Origin: Prasinococcaceae sp. CCMP 1430
Lineage: Eukaryota; Plantae; Prasinodermophyta
Length of the DNA stretch: 53,738 bases
Reading direction: 5' to 3'
Assembly: GCA_013416795.1 (NCBI GenBank)
Contig: RQSC01000004.1
Coordinates: forward strand, 433,918 to 487,655
Of this stretch, positions 23,482-33,795 are shown piece by piece (positions within the stretch are counted from its first letter, which is position 1; each line of letters starts with the position of its first letter). The notes beneath the pieces were generated by a model. The model searched no databases. It worked only from the letters and a program-made list of their open reading frames with translations, and was not told the DNA's origin. The position numbers and the translations under genes were made by a program.

Positions 23482-25533
23482 TCAGAACGTGCTCAGAGAG
23501 TCCTCGAAGCGGCTGCGCCCAGGAGACGTCGGCGGTGGCCCGAACGTCGCCACCTCCCCGTCAGCTCCATGCGCAGCGAAAGTCCGCTTCTTTGGCGGGG
23601 ATTGCGGCGTGGGCGCGTGAGCGATCCTCTCAAGCGTCCATCTGCCGCCGCCGCTTGCGCCGAGCAGCGTCAGCCTGTGCGTGTGGAAACGCGCGAGCGA
23701 CGGGCGGTGGCCCACCGACACGAAACCTGTGCAGGTCCTCCGTATGAGCGCATACGCGAGCTCCGTGTTGTCCTCATCGAGCGCGGAGGTGCTCTCGTCG
23801 AGCACGCAGAATCGCGGTGAGGCCAACCGCAGCGCTGCGAGAGCCAGGCGTTGCTGCTCGCCGAGCGAGCAGAGCTCATCCCACGGCTGGGTCGCGTCGA
23901 AGCCGCCAACGCGGTCGGGCAGACACCCCAAGTTGACTTCCTCGAGCGCCCTGCGCATGTCCTCGTCGGTTGGTGTGCCGGGCGCGTTGGGCGGCAGCGG
24001 GTAAAGCAATAGCGCGCGCAGCGACACACGCGCAGAGTACGGTTTCTGTGGCAGGAAGCGTGCGCCGCTCGAAATGAACATCGCGCCGTGGCCTGCATGT
24101 GCGGGCCAAAGACCTGCGAGCGCGCGCAGCAGGCTCGTCTTGCCCGCGCCGCTCGCGCCACAGATGAGTAGCGCGTCGCCGGCGTCCAGCTCAAGTTTCA
24201 GGCGCTCGAGCAGCTTCGCAGGCACGGCCGCCGACCCAGTGGCACCGCCGTCTGCACCGTACGTCGGGTGCCACAGCGTTAAGTCGCGCACCTGCAGCCA
24301 CGAGAGGTTGCCATTCTCCAGCGCGCGCAATTCATGTTGTAACCCGACTCGCCGAGAGGCACCGCCGGTGCGGCTCGTCACCGCCTCGCGCGAGGTCCCT
24401 GCAGCATCCCCCTCCGCATCCTGCGAAGCCACGTCCTGGTCGAATGCGGCGTAGAACGTGTGCACTCGGTCGACGGTGCTCGAAAAAGCCGACAGCTCAG
24501 GGAGATTGTCAAAGATGAAGGACAGGTCGGCTCGCGTCGTCGCAAAGGAGCTAGTGGCCTGCTGAACGGCGCCCATCTCGATCTTGCCGGCGAAGTACGC
24601 AGGCGCAGTGACGGCGAGGGGCAGCACGCCCGTAAGGTGCGAGTAGGCGCCAACGCAATAATTGGCCGCGGAGCGCCAGATACGGCGAGTCCACTCCAAC
24701 TGCTGCGAGTCCTGGTACCGTGCCATGATGGCGCCGGTCTCGGCTTGGCCACCGCGCGCGAGCGCCACGGCTTCAGCGTTGTCGCGCAGACGCGCAAGCG
24801 CGTACCGGTAGTCGCCGTCCGCCTGCGCTGAGCCCGCCGCAAGCTGCGTGAGCTTGGCGGAAAGCGCGCCGCTGAAGCCCGTGCCGACGGCCGCGTACGC
24901 TGCAAGCGCTGCGGCTAGCTTCGGCGAGATGCGCCACAACACGCGTCCGTGCACGATGACGCCTATCGCCGCGCCCAGCGCGCGCATTGCCAGCGCAGTG
25001 CTCTGCTCGACGAAAGCCTCAATGTCCGTAGCGACGCGCTCGTCGGGGTCGCTCACGCCACCTTCGCCAAGCACGCTGATGCCGTAGAGCGCGCGCGCCT
25101 CGGCGTAACGGCGCAGCGCATCGCGAGTGAGCCAGGCGCGCCACTCCATAGTGAGGTTGGCTTGCCAGAGATAGTGAAACTCCCCGACGGGCCGCAGCGC
25201 GAAGCCCAACACCACGCTCTTGGCCACCGCGCGCCAGAAGAGCTTGCTGTCGCGCTTGCTCAGCGCCGTCCACATGTCAGCGCCGACATTGCTCCAGTAC
25301 ACGCCCACTCCTTGCCAGAAGAAGGTGAGGGCAACCAGCACAGCCATGCGCTGCTGCGCTGGGCGGGCATCCTCCGAGTCTCGCCAGTACAGCTTCCAGA
25401 GCGCGACTGCGCGGCGCAGCGTTTGTGCGTCAACTGGCATCGAATTGCCGCTCGTGCTCGATGGCGCACCCTGCCCTGCTCCACTCGCCGCGCCAAACAA
25501 AGCGCCGGCGAGAGCCTCGCGCGCTCGGCGCAC
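23482..25533 (-). CDS. ABC transporter D-family half transporter (bacterial/plastid ABCD2-like); start uncertain
   Basis: DPDERVATDI loop, EAA motif (RLRDNAEAVAL), Walker A GASGAGKT, FLPQKPY, signature SLGEQQRLA, Walker B VLDESTSALD, SVGHRPSL. Confidence 0.88.
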   Translation of the reverse strand: MRRAREALAGALFGAASGAGQGAPSSTSGNSMPVDAQTLRRAVALWKLYWRDSEDARPAQQRMAVLVALTFFWQGVGVYWSNVGADMWTALSKRDSKLFWRAVAKSVVLGFALRPVGEFHYLWQANLTMEWRAWLTRDALRRYAEARALYGISVLGEGGVSDPDERVATDIEAFVEQSTALAMRALGAAIGVIVHGRVLWRISPKLAAALAAYAAVGTGFSGALSAKLTQLAAGSAQADGDYRYALARLRDNAEAVALARGGQAETGAIMARYQDSQQLEWTRRIWRSAANYCVGAYSHLTGVLPLAVTAPAYFAGKIEMGAVQQATSSFATTRADLSFIFDNLPELSAFSSTVDRVHTFYAAFDQDVASQDAEGDAAGTSREAVTSRTGGASRRVGLQHELRALENGNLSWLQVRDLTLWHPTYGADGGATGSAAVPAKLLERLKLELDAGDALLICGASGAGKTSLLRALAGLWPAHAGHGAMFISSGARFLPQKPYSARVSLRALLLYPLPPNAPGTPTDEDMRRALEEVNLGCLPDRVGGFDATQPWDELCSLGEQQRLALAALRLASPRFCVLDESTSALDEDNTELAYALIRRTCTGFVSVGHRPSLARFHTHRLTLLGASGGGRWTLERIAHAPTPQSPPKKRTFAAHGADGEVATFGPPPTSPGRSRFEDSLSTF

Positions 25534-26365
25534 CGCCGCCGCGCCTTGCCACTCCGGGCAGGGCCCCTTCCCACCGCGTGAGCGCCGCCGGCGGGTGGCC
25601 GCCGTGCCTAGCGCGGCGCGGCCCGCGGCCCAGTCCGGCCCGCGGCTCGAACCGCGCGCGCCGCTCCGCTCGGGGAACGCCGCATCGGACCGGGTCTATC
25701 ACAGCCGACACACCCCCGACAATTCGCGCACAGCTCCAAATACCCCGGTAAAGTTCCGGTGCTCACATCCAGGAACCCCGGTTGACATGTGTTCCGCGGG
25801 GGTCGCCGAGAGCATCGCCGGCGGCGGACACGGCGGAGGCTCTTCCATCCGCGGTTGGGGTCGAGGCGCGCTCCGCGCCGATCGCCCCGCGCGTCCGTCC
25901 GAGGACTCTCTCAGTCGGATCTGGGGTCCGCGGCGGCGCCCTCGCATGCGGCGCTCCCCTGTCGGCGGGCGACAAACCGGCGGCGGCGGGCCCGTGGCGC
26001 GCGCGCGCAAGAGAGGGTCTGCAATCGGCATCTTTCGCAACGCTTGCGAGCTTCTTCACATCAAAACGAGTCTGTTCGTTTTTGGTGGATGTCGGTCGTG
26101 CGTGCGTACGGCGGTTGAGGTTTCGATCCTAACCATAAACGCGCGGCCGCGACGGACGGGAAAATATCGGCCGCGCCCTTCCCCAACCGCCGCGGCCGTC
26201 GCGCCGCCCTCCGCGAAATATCGCTTTATACAACCACGGGAGACCTTTTCGCCCAGTCGAATCGAATGCAACGCGCGCGGGCACGGGGAGGGCGCGCGCG
26301 CGTCGCGGACTTTTCGGCCTTTTCGCCGCGCGCGCGACCGCTCGCCTGCGAGCGCGCGCTGATCT

Positions 26366-26366
<1 letters not shown>

Positions 26367-26403
<37 letters not shown>

Positions 26404-26503
26404 NNNNNNNNNNNNNNNNNNNNNNNNNNNNNNNNNNNNNNNNNNNNNNNNNNNNNNNNNNNNNNNNNNNNNNNNNNNNNNNNNNNNNNNNNNNNNNNNN
26501 NNN
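26367..26503. other. Poly(T) run (37 nt) abutting a 100-N assembly gap
   Basis: Seen directly. Confidence 0.95.
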
Positions 26504-26923
26504 CCCCACCGGCCAGACCCCAGACGCGACCCGCGCCCGCGGCGCGGCGCGCGCGCGCTGTGGCTGGGAGGCCGCGGCGATGCCCTGCACCACACAGCTC
26601 GCCCTCTACCCGCTCGCGCCGATCAGCCGAGCGCGCCCCCATTTCGCGCGCGCGCTCCGCTCCAGGCGAATTCGTTCCCGGCTTCACGCGCCCACGCAGG
26701 AACTCCGTTTTTGTGGCGCGCGCGGCGCGCGCTCTCGCGGCGCGCGCCCTCCGCGACGGGGAGGAGGGAGGAACAAAAAAAAAAGAACAAGAAAAAAAAC
26801 GACGCCGCGCGGAAGCGGAAGCGCCGCGCGCGCGCCGCCGCGCCCACGAAACGACCCAGGACCTCGCGCCGCGGCGACGCGACGACCACCCCGCCGCGCG
26901 CCCCCCCAATCCCAGGAGAGGAN

Positions 26924-28241
26924 GGGCGGCGGCGCGCCCGCGCGGCTGGGGCGGCACGTGAGCTCGGTGGACGAGGCGGCGGCGGCGCTGCGCGCGGGAC
27001 AGCTGGTGGCGTTCCCCACGGAAACGGTGTACGGCCTCGGGGCGCACGCGATGGACGCGGCCGCCGTCGCGAGCGTCTTCACGACCAAGGGAAGGCCACG
27101 CTCGGACCCGCTCATCGTGCACGTGGCGTGCGCCGAGGATGCAGAGGCGCTCGTCGAGCTCGACGAGCGGGGCATGGCGCTCATGCGGCGGCTCGCGGCC
27201 GCGTTCTGGCCGGGGCCACTCACGCTCGTCGCGCCGGCGTGCGCAGCGCTTCCGAGTGCCGTCACGGCCGGGTCGGGCTTCGTGGGCGTCCGCATCCCGG
27301 CGCACGCGCGCGCCCTCGACCTGCTACGCGCAGCCGCCGTGCCCGTCGCCGCGCCGTCCGCCAATCGCTTCGGCCACGTGAGCCCGACGCGCCCCGAGCA
27401 CGTCATGGACGACCTGGGCGCGCATCCCATTCTCGTGCTCTCGCCCGACGAGCGCGCCGACAATGCCAGCGCGCCGCCGTGCTGTGAGGTGGGCATCGAA
27501 AGTACAGTCATCAAGCTCGACACCGCCGCCTCGCAGCTGGTGCTGCTACGAAGGGGCGGCGTACCCGAGTCCGAGTTGGAACGCTGGCTCGACGCTGAGC
27601 CCACCGGCTTCACGCTGCGCAGGCAGCGTACACACACCGACACGGCGGCCGCGGTGGCGGGCGAGTCAGCCGCTGCTACTGGCGGTGAGGCAGCTGACCA
27701 GGCGCCGCCTCCGCACGGCGCGACCGATGGGGGCGACGAAGGCGGCGGGACGGTCGCCCCCGGCATGCTGCTGACGCACTACTCGCCCGATCTGCCCGCT
27801 TACCTCGTCGCGGGCGCCCGTGGCGCACCCGGCGCGCCGTCGGCGCCGCGCGGCGCGACGGCGACGGCGTTCACCACGAGCAGCGCGGTGGTACTGGACT
27901 TTGGTGGGCGGCTCGCGCGGTTGAAGGGCGCCGCGCACGCCTACCGCGACCTGTCACCATTGGGTGACGCTGCCGAGGCTGCTACGCGCGTCTTTGAGGC
28001 GCTGCGCTGGTCTGAGGAGCAGGCGGCCGGCGGCGGGCGCGTCGTCCTCCTTCCAAACCTCACCGCGACGGAGAAGCGATCGGCGGGTGCGACGGCGCGG
28101 TCGGCGGAGCGCGTGCCGGCTCTCGCGGACCGCCTCTTCCGCGCGGCCTCGGGCCAGACGGCGCGCCTGTCCGCAGACGACGCCGACGTGGTAGTCGACG
28201 CTCCGCTTGTTGAGCGCCGGCAGGGAAGCGAGCACGAGTAA
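26924..28241 (+). CDS. SUA5: Threonylcarbamoyl-AMP synthase (Sua5/YrdC plus SUA5 C-terminal domain); 5' end lost at the N at 26923
   Basis: LVAFPTETVYGLGA, KGRPRSDPLIVHV, FWPGPLTLV, VAAPSANRFGHVSPT, GIESTV, LLRRGG, APGMLLTHYSP; ends TAA at 28239-28241. Confidence 0.93.
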
Positions 28242-28433
28242 AAAAAAAAGTTTGTGTATTTTTGTCGTTTTTGCCAGCGCACGCTGGCAGGGTTCGGGCA
28301 GGCACGCGGGCGGTCATATCGCTGCTGTGCGGCGAGAGCAGCCGAGCGGGCGCCCAGCAGACCAGGAGGCACCTCTCGCCCCGGCCGATTCCCCGCGCGC
28401 GCGGGGACGCACGCCCCCGTTGTTTCGCTGGGC

Positions 28434-28915
28434 TCAGCTTGCAGGGACGGGCCTGCCTCCTCCGCGTTGACGGTTGTTGTAGCTTCCGCCGCGGCCGCCC
28501 TGGCCGCCGCGCTGCTGCTGCTGGCCACCACCACCGCGTTGCTGGTACTGGCCGCCCTGCTGCTGGCCGCGGGGGCGCTGGGGCACACGGTCAGGGCGGT
28601 TGCGCGTCTCCACGCGCATTCCACCGAAGGTCTCTGAGTCGTGGCGACGCATCTCCGAGTAGCGGTCGCGGCTGCGACCACCCGCCGCCTTATCCGTGGC
28701 CTCGCAGCTGATCGAGTCGAAGAAGTCGTCCTGCTCGTACGGCGCGCTAGCCACAGGGACGGGCGAACGCCCGCCGGGGCCAGTCATCGTCGCAAAGATC
28801 TGGTCTTTGTTGAACTTCCTTGTGGTCGCCTCGAAGTCGAAGTCGTCGCCTACGGGCACCGGGCCGGGCCGAGCGCCACCGCCGCGGCTGCCACGGCCGC
28901 CGGCCGGCGCGCGCG
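28434..28915 (-). CDS. DCP5: 3' part of LSM14/DCP5/Scd6 (FDF, FFD and TFG boxes plus an RGG tail); 5' end lost at the N at 28916
   Basis: DDFDFEATTRKFNKD (FDF), YEQDDFFDSISCE (FFD), RRHDSETFG (TFG), then a Q/G/R-rich RGG tail and stop. Confidence 0.88.
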
Positions 28916-28916
28916 N

Positions 28917-30500
28917 TGGGGGGGAGAAGCCACTGCACGTGCAGGTGGACGCAGATGGGTCGGTGTACGCGGGAGAGTGGTCCGCTGCTGACGGCGCGGC
29001 CGAGGGCGTGGGAGTGTACGTGTCGGCAGCAGGCAACTCGTACGTCGCGCGGCGCGGCGCGTGCCGCTGCGGCCGCCCACTGTGTGAGGGTGTTCGGAGC
29101 TCGCGCGCCTGTGCATGCGCGTGCGCGAGCACGCGAAGTCAACCTGCTCACAGGGGTTATCCTGGGCCGCCTGCACGCGCGCGCTGACGCATTGGGCTGC
29201 GCGCAGGTACGCCGGCGAATGGCGATCTGGCCAGCGGGCAGGTGCGGGCGTGTGTACGCTCTCGGCGGGCGGGACGCCCGCAACGTACGAGGGCCAATTC
29301 GATGCCGACGAGCTGCACGGCGCGTGCATCGTGCGCCTTGGTGATGCGCCTACTCGCGCGGCAACATTTGAGCGCAACCGAGTCGTGTCCGCGGGGGACG
29401 CGAGCACGAACGCGGCCGCTGAGGCCGCGGCGGTCCAGGCGCGCTCCATGGCGGAAGCGGCGAGGCACGCCGCTGACCGAGCGAGGGCACAAACGGCGCA
29501 GCAGGAGGAGGGCACCATCCGCGCACGCGCGCAGAGCGACGTGACGGGCGCACCGGCGACGGATGGTGCTGTGCCGCAGCGGGTCGACAACGCACTCACA
29601 GCAGCAGAGGCAGAGGACACTGCGGTGTCCGCCCCGCCGCGGGCCGTCACGATGGCGCCTCCGCCAGTGGCGATGCCCCCACCGCCCGCCACCGCTGCTG
29701 GTGCTGCAACAACGTCCGACTCAGCGCTCACTGGGGCGAGCTCCGCGCCTGAGGCCAACGATTCCGTGCAGGCAGCGACGGACACAGCTGCGACCACGCC
29801 GCCTCCCATGTTTTCCGCGCCGCCGGTCACCTCGACCCCGCCAGGATTCACCGCCGCGGCAAGTACGCCTTCGCAGTCGCACCTGCGCAGACGCGGTCGT
29901 ACGAGTGCGTCGCCCGCATCAATGCAGGAGCAACAGGAACGCGTTGCGGCGCTGACCAAGCCTCCACCACCGGCGCCGGCGGGGCCATTAGAGACCGGGA
30001 CAAACGCCGGTGTTTCTGGCAGCGCCTCTGGAGCGAAGGCCGGCGGGATCAAACGCACGTTCACCATCATGCTGAGCGTGCTCATGATTGCCATCGGCAT
30101 CGGCGCCGCGGGACTGGCGGCTCGGCCCGAAGCACGCGAAGCGCTCAGTGCTGCCGCTCACGCGCGGATGCACTGCGTGCCGTCCGTCGTGACCGTGATG
30201 ACCGAGTGCACGACGGACGCCATGTCGTGCGCCGCCGTCGTGCACGGCATGAGGGTCCTGCCCATGCTTGCCGCTGCTGCTGTGGGTGCCCTGGTTTTGT
30301 CGGTGGCGTTTTCGTCGAGGCTCGGCTTCAACGGGGCCGTGCTGTACTGCGCGTTCCTCACCTCGGTGTTGGCCCTGGGGCTATTGTACGCCGGGTACGG
30401 ATACGTACCTGGCTGCCCGCCGGCGCTGGTTTTCCAGTGCATCGGAATGTTCCACCAGCCCGCTCGGGCGCTCATCGTGTTCGAGGTGACTGACGGGGAC
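28917..30500 (+). CDS. MORN-repeat protein with an A/T/P-rich linker and C-terminal hydrophobic helices; 5' end lost at the N; 3' end uncertain
   Basis: GSVYAGEWSAADGAAEGVGVYVSAAGNS|YAGEWRSGQRAGAGVCT...YEGQFDADELHG are MORN consensus units. Intron 29040-29206 (GTACGT..CAG) is frame-consistent. Hydrophobic stretches lie around 30060-30400. Confidence 0.65.
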
Positions 30501-30536
30501 GGGGTAGCTAGGCCGCGGCGCTGTCCAAGCGGTGGC

Positions 30537-33302
30537 CTACTGCCACTTGGTGAAGCAAAACGCCGTCTTGGCCGAGGTGTCGTCGGGGGTGTTGCAGACC
30601 AACCACTGGGTGTTTTGAACCCCCTCGAGCTTCGTCTGGCAGAAGTTGCCTGTCCCGGTGCGCGTCTTGTCGTGAGGCCAGGACCCCTCGAGCCTGACCC
30701 AGGTGTCAAGCTCGTCGCCGCCATAGTGGGCGTGGTCGGTGATCTTGAAGAGTGCAAAGTCGCTACTTGGTTTGAGGTCATCGGACGAGCTCGTGCCGTG
30801 CGAGTTGACGTACCAGGGCCCGTCCTTGAAGAAGCCCTGGGCAGCGGTGCCTTTGTAATAGTAGTTGATAGAGATCTTTTTCTCGCCGTCGTCGTCCGTG
30901 AAGGTCTTGACAGTGAAGCGAGTGAGCAATTTGGCGCTGTCGCCGGCGTCGCAATAGTTCTCCCTGCAGGGCCAGCTGTTCCTCCAGTCGTCCATGGCGC
31001 AGCATATGCCCCGACCGTCCGCGTTGTTGGCGAGCTTTGCCATCTGCAGCCCGTAGTCGCCGTCGTTGCTCGTGACATATTCAGCGCTCATGCAGTTGGT
31101 GTAGGGGTCGCCCTCAGGTGCCTGTGGCGGCGCCGGCGCCGGCGCCGGAGCAGGCGCCGGCGCCGGCGCCGGAGCCGGTGCCGGCGTCGCCTCCTCCGCC
31201 GATGTGCTGACCTCCTGCGTGAACGAATACGAGAGGCTGAGTGTATCCGCGTCTGCGGACATATCCCCAACAGTCTGCAGAGTGAAGTAGTTGAAGCCCC
31301 AGTTTTGCGTCGCGGCCGACATGGCACAGCCACTATACCTGACGCATTTCTGCCCTGTCCCACCCGGCCCGCCCGACCCGGCGTTGCCGTACGCAACGGC
31401 GTTGCACCCGCCCCCGCCTGACGTCCACCCGTCCACGTTGTCGGAGCACGACTGCAGGCACGCCTCCAGCGACTCGGTCCACTGCACATTGTAGGCATCA
31501 TAGGAGGCGCAGTAGAGGTTGCCCCTGGCCACGTAGGGCGTTCGCTCGAAAAAGTCGTAGCCCCACGTCTGCGTGCCAGAGCTGATCACGCAGTTCCTGT
31601 ACGTTGCGCAAGCGCCAGAGTTCGAGAAGGCGTACGCGTCGCAGCCCATGCGTGCGTCGCACTTGGCTCGGCACTCCGCTTCGGTGCCCCACCCGCTTCC
31701 CTCGCCTTCCCAGTCGTCGTACGAGCTACAGTACTTGTTGCCGCGCGCGGCGTAGGGGGCCTTGCTAAAGAACTTGTACCCCCACGTTTGTCGGGCCGGG
31801 TTCACGTGACACGTGCCGTAAACGACGCAATTTCCGCTGCTCCCGCTCTCGCTGTGCGCGAAGGCCACGCAGCCGTCGTCCAAGTGGCAAAGATTGCGGC
31901 ACTCCAAGAAGTCGAGCGAGTCGTGGCTGGCGTAGTCGCCACCGTGGTTGCAGTAGTGGTCCTCCATCGAATTGTAGGCCCAGTCTCCGGCGTAGTCCCC
32001 GTCCCGGACGGCGAGGAGCGACCGCCGAGAGGCCTGGAGCCTCCTCGTTTCGCTCTCCGCGCGGTGAGATTTGAGGCGCCTCGCGATGAAGCCCGAGGCG
32101 GTGTCGCCGAGCTCCATGAGCCGCCGCCTAGAGGACCCAGCCGCGCCGCCCAGGCCTTGCTCCAGGCGCTCGAGCATGAGGAGGTGCCGCGCGTTGCCGT
32201 CGGCGGTCCAGTTGCCCTCGTCACCCCCGTGGCCCCCGACATCGCTGCCGTTGCCAACGAGGCCCTGGGAAGGCGCCGGCCCTAATGTCGCGGGGGGGCC
32301 GAGAGTCTCCACTTCCGCCTGCAGGTCCGCGCAGGACGCCACCGTGGCGTCCTGGCATTCGATCAAGAGCGCGCACTCGGCTGGGGAGTCGCCAACGAGA
32401 GTCAGTAGATCATACTTCTGGCCGTTGTCCAGCATGCCCGTCGACTGCCCCGACACGGCCACAGACGTGAGCGTCTGGCCGTTCTTGTCCTTGAACGAGA
32501 GCGTGCCCGAGCTTGCATCCATTGCGGCGTTGCTGAGGCACGACCCGTGCTCGCCATGCTCGAGCATGCGCCGCTTCGTAAAAGGGTCGCCGGCGTCGAC
32601 CGCGTCGTCGGCCAGGGACGCCGCGCCGCGCGACTCCTGCCCGAGGCTGACCTTCTCGGCAGGCGCGGCCGTGGCGACGGACTTGTCCGTCCCCTTCACC
32701 TTCTGGATCCCATTGTCGCCGGTGCTCGTCTCCTTGCTGAGCTCGACGACGGTGAATGTGAGCCCCGTTATGGCCGCGAGCATAACGCCCATGAGCAACA
32801 GCAGCACGGCCGCGAGCCTGGTGAGCTTCTTGACCATCTTCTTGGACTCGAGGTACAGCTCGGCGCCGCGCGCGAGCTCCATCGGCGCCACCGTGCCGTC
32901 GCCGTCGACGTCGAAGACCTTGAGCGATGGCTGGATCTCCTTGGGCAGGGTGGATATGTTGATCTCGCCCGTCTTGTTCTGCTCCTTCAGAGCGGCGTAC
33001 GTCTCGACCATTTCGGTGATCTCGTCGAGCTCCAGCACGCCGTCGCCCTCGTCGTCGAGTGCACGCACGGTGTCTTGCAGGCGCTCGGGGAACATGCTGA
33101 CCGTGAGATTTCCCTTGCGCGCGTCCTCGAGCATGCGCGCGGCAGTCCTCATCTCATCGAGGTCGACCACGCCGTCGGCGTTGAGGTCGAAGGAGGCGAG
33201 AAGGGGGCGCGCCTCGGCGGGAAACTTAGACACCGGCACGCCGACGTGCTCGAACACCGGGGAGCCGCTGTCCTCCTTGCCACCCATCGTACCCCGCACC
33301 AT
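30537..33302 (-). CDS. Predicted type II membrane protein: three EF-hands, one TM helix, three PAN/apple-like Cys repeats, a (PA)n linker and a Cys-containing C-terminal domain; intronless
   Basis: EF loops DLNADGVVDLDE, DDEGDGVLELDE, DVDGDGTVAPME. TM LAAVLLLLMGVMLAAITGLTFTVV. Repeats YC...EC(R/L)xxC...GCxA(F/Y)...CxxYxxC...QxWG(Y/F)x(F/Y)F. Strong coding codon bias. Start at 33302 or 33287. Confidence 0.85.
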   Translation of the reverse strand: MVRGTMGGKEDSGSPVFEHVGVPVSKFPAEARPLLASFDLNADGVVDLDEMRTAARMLEDARKGNLTVSMFPERLQDTVRALDDEGDGVLELDEITEMVETYAALKEQNKTGEINISTLPKEIQPSLKVFDVDGDGTVAPMELARGAELYLESKKMVKKLTRLAAVLLLLMGVMLAAITGLTFTVVELSKETSTGDNGIQKVKGTDKSVATAAPAEKVSLGQESRGAASLADDAVDAGDPFTKRRMLEHGEHGSCLSNAAMDASSGTLSFKDKNGQTLTSVAVSGQSTGMLDNGQKYDLLTLVGDSPAECALLIECQDATVASCADLQAEVETLGPPATLGPAPSQGLVGNGSDVGGHGGDEGNWTADGNARHLLMLERLEQGLGGAAGSSRRRLMELGDTASGFIARRLKSHRAESETRRLQASRRSLLAVRDGDYAGDWAYNSMEDHYCNHGGDYASHDSLDFLECRNLCHLDDGCVAFAHSESGSSGNCVVYGTCHVNPARQTWGYKFFSKAPYAARGNKYCSSYDDWEGEGSGWGTEAECRAKCDARMGCDAYAFSNSGACATYRNCVISSGTQTWGYDFFERTPYVARGNLYCASYDAYNVQWTESLEACLQSCSDNVDGWTSGGGGCNAVAYGNAGSGGPGGTGQKCVRYSGCAMSAATQNWGFNYFTLQTVGDMSADADTLSLSYSFTQEVSTSAEEATPAPAPAPAPAPAPAPAPAPPQAPEGDPYTNCMSAEYVTSNDGDYGLQMAKLANNADGRGICCAMDDWRNSWPCRENYCDAGDSAKLLTRFTVKTFTDDDGEKKISINYYYKGTAAQGFFKDGPWYVNSHGTSSSDDLKPSSDFALFKITDHAHYGGDELDTWVRLEGSWPHDKTRTGTGNFCQTKLEGVQNTQWLVCNTPDDTSAKTAFCFTKWQ

Positions 33303-33795
33303 CCCGCTGCGGGAAGGGGGGGTGGTGTGTGTGTGGAAGGGGGGGGCGACGTACCTCCCCGATGCGCTCGCGGCAGGCAACAAGGACGCCGCGCGAGGGC
33401 AGTCTGACGGCAGGCGGACGGCCGCGCCGCGCGGCTATGGCGCGCGGATGCGCAGCGCGCTACGGCGTTGGCGCGCGGCTGCGCAGCGCACTACGGCTCG
33501 CGCACGTGGCGGTTGGTTGGGTGGGTGGTTCTCCAGTGCGTCGGGGAACCACCCTCTAGAGGCCTCGCTGGGTGGAACGATACCAGTTCACGGCCTCGCC
33601 TTTTTTTTCTTCGCCCTTTTCCGCGGGGATTTTGTGCGACCGAAATGCACCGAAAAAGGAAAAAAAAAGATCGGGGGCGGTTCCCCCGGCCGCGAGAGCT
33701 CCGTCACCCGTTCGGGGCGCGGGAGCGCGGGAGCGCGGGCGCGCCGGCGAGTGCGCGCGGCGGCATGAAGAGCTGCTGCGGTCGCGGCACGCGGC

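Noticed and set aside
26367-26403. Poly(T) run as the poly(A) tail of a retroelement
   Set aside because: The element body would lie in or beyond the 100-N gap; no target-site duplication or RT sequence is visible, and shorter A/T runs are common in this window's intergenic DNA.
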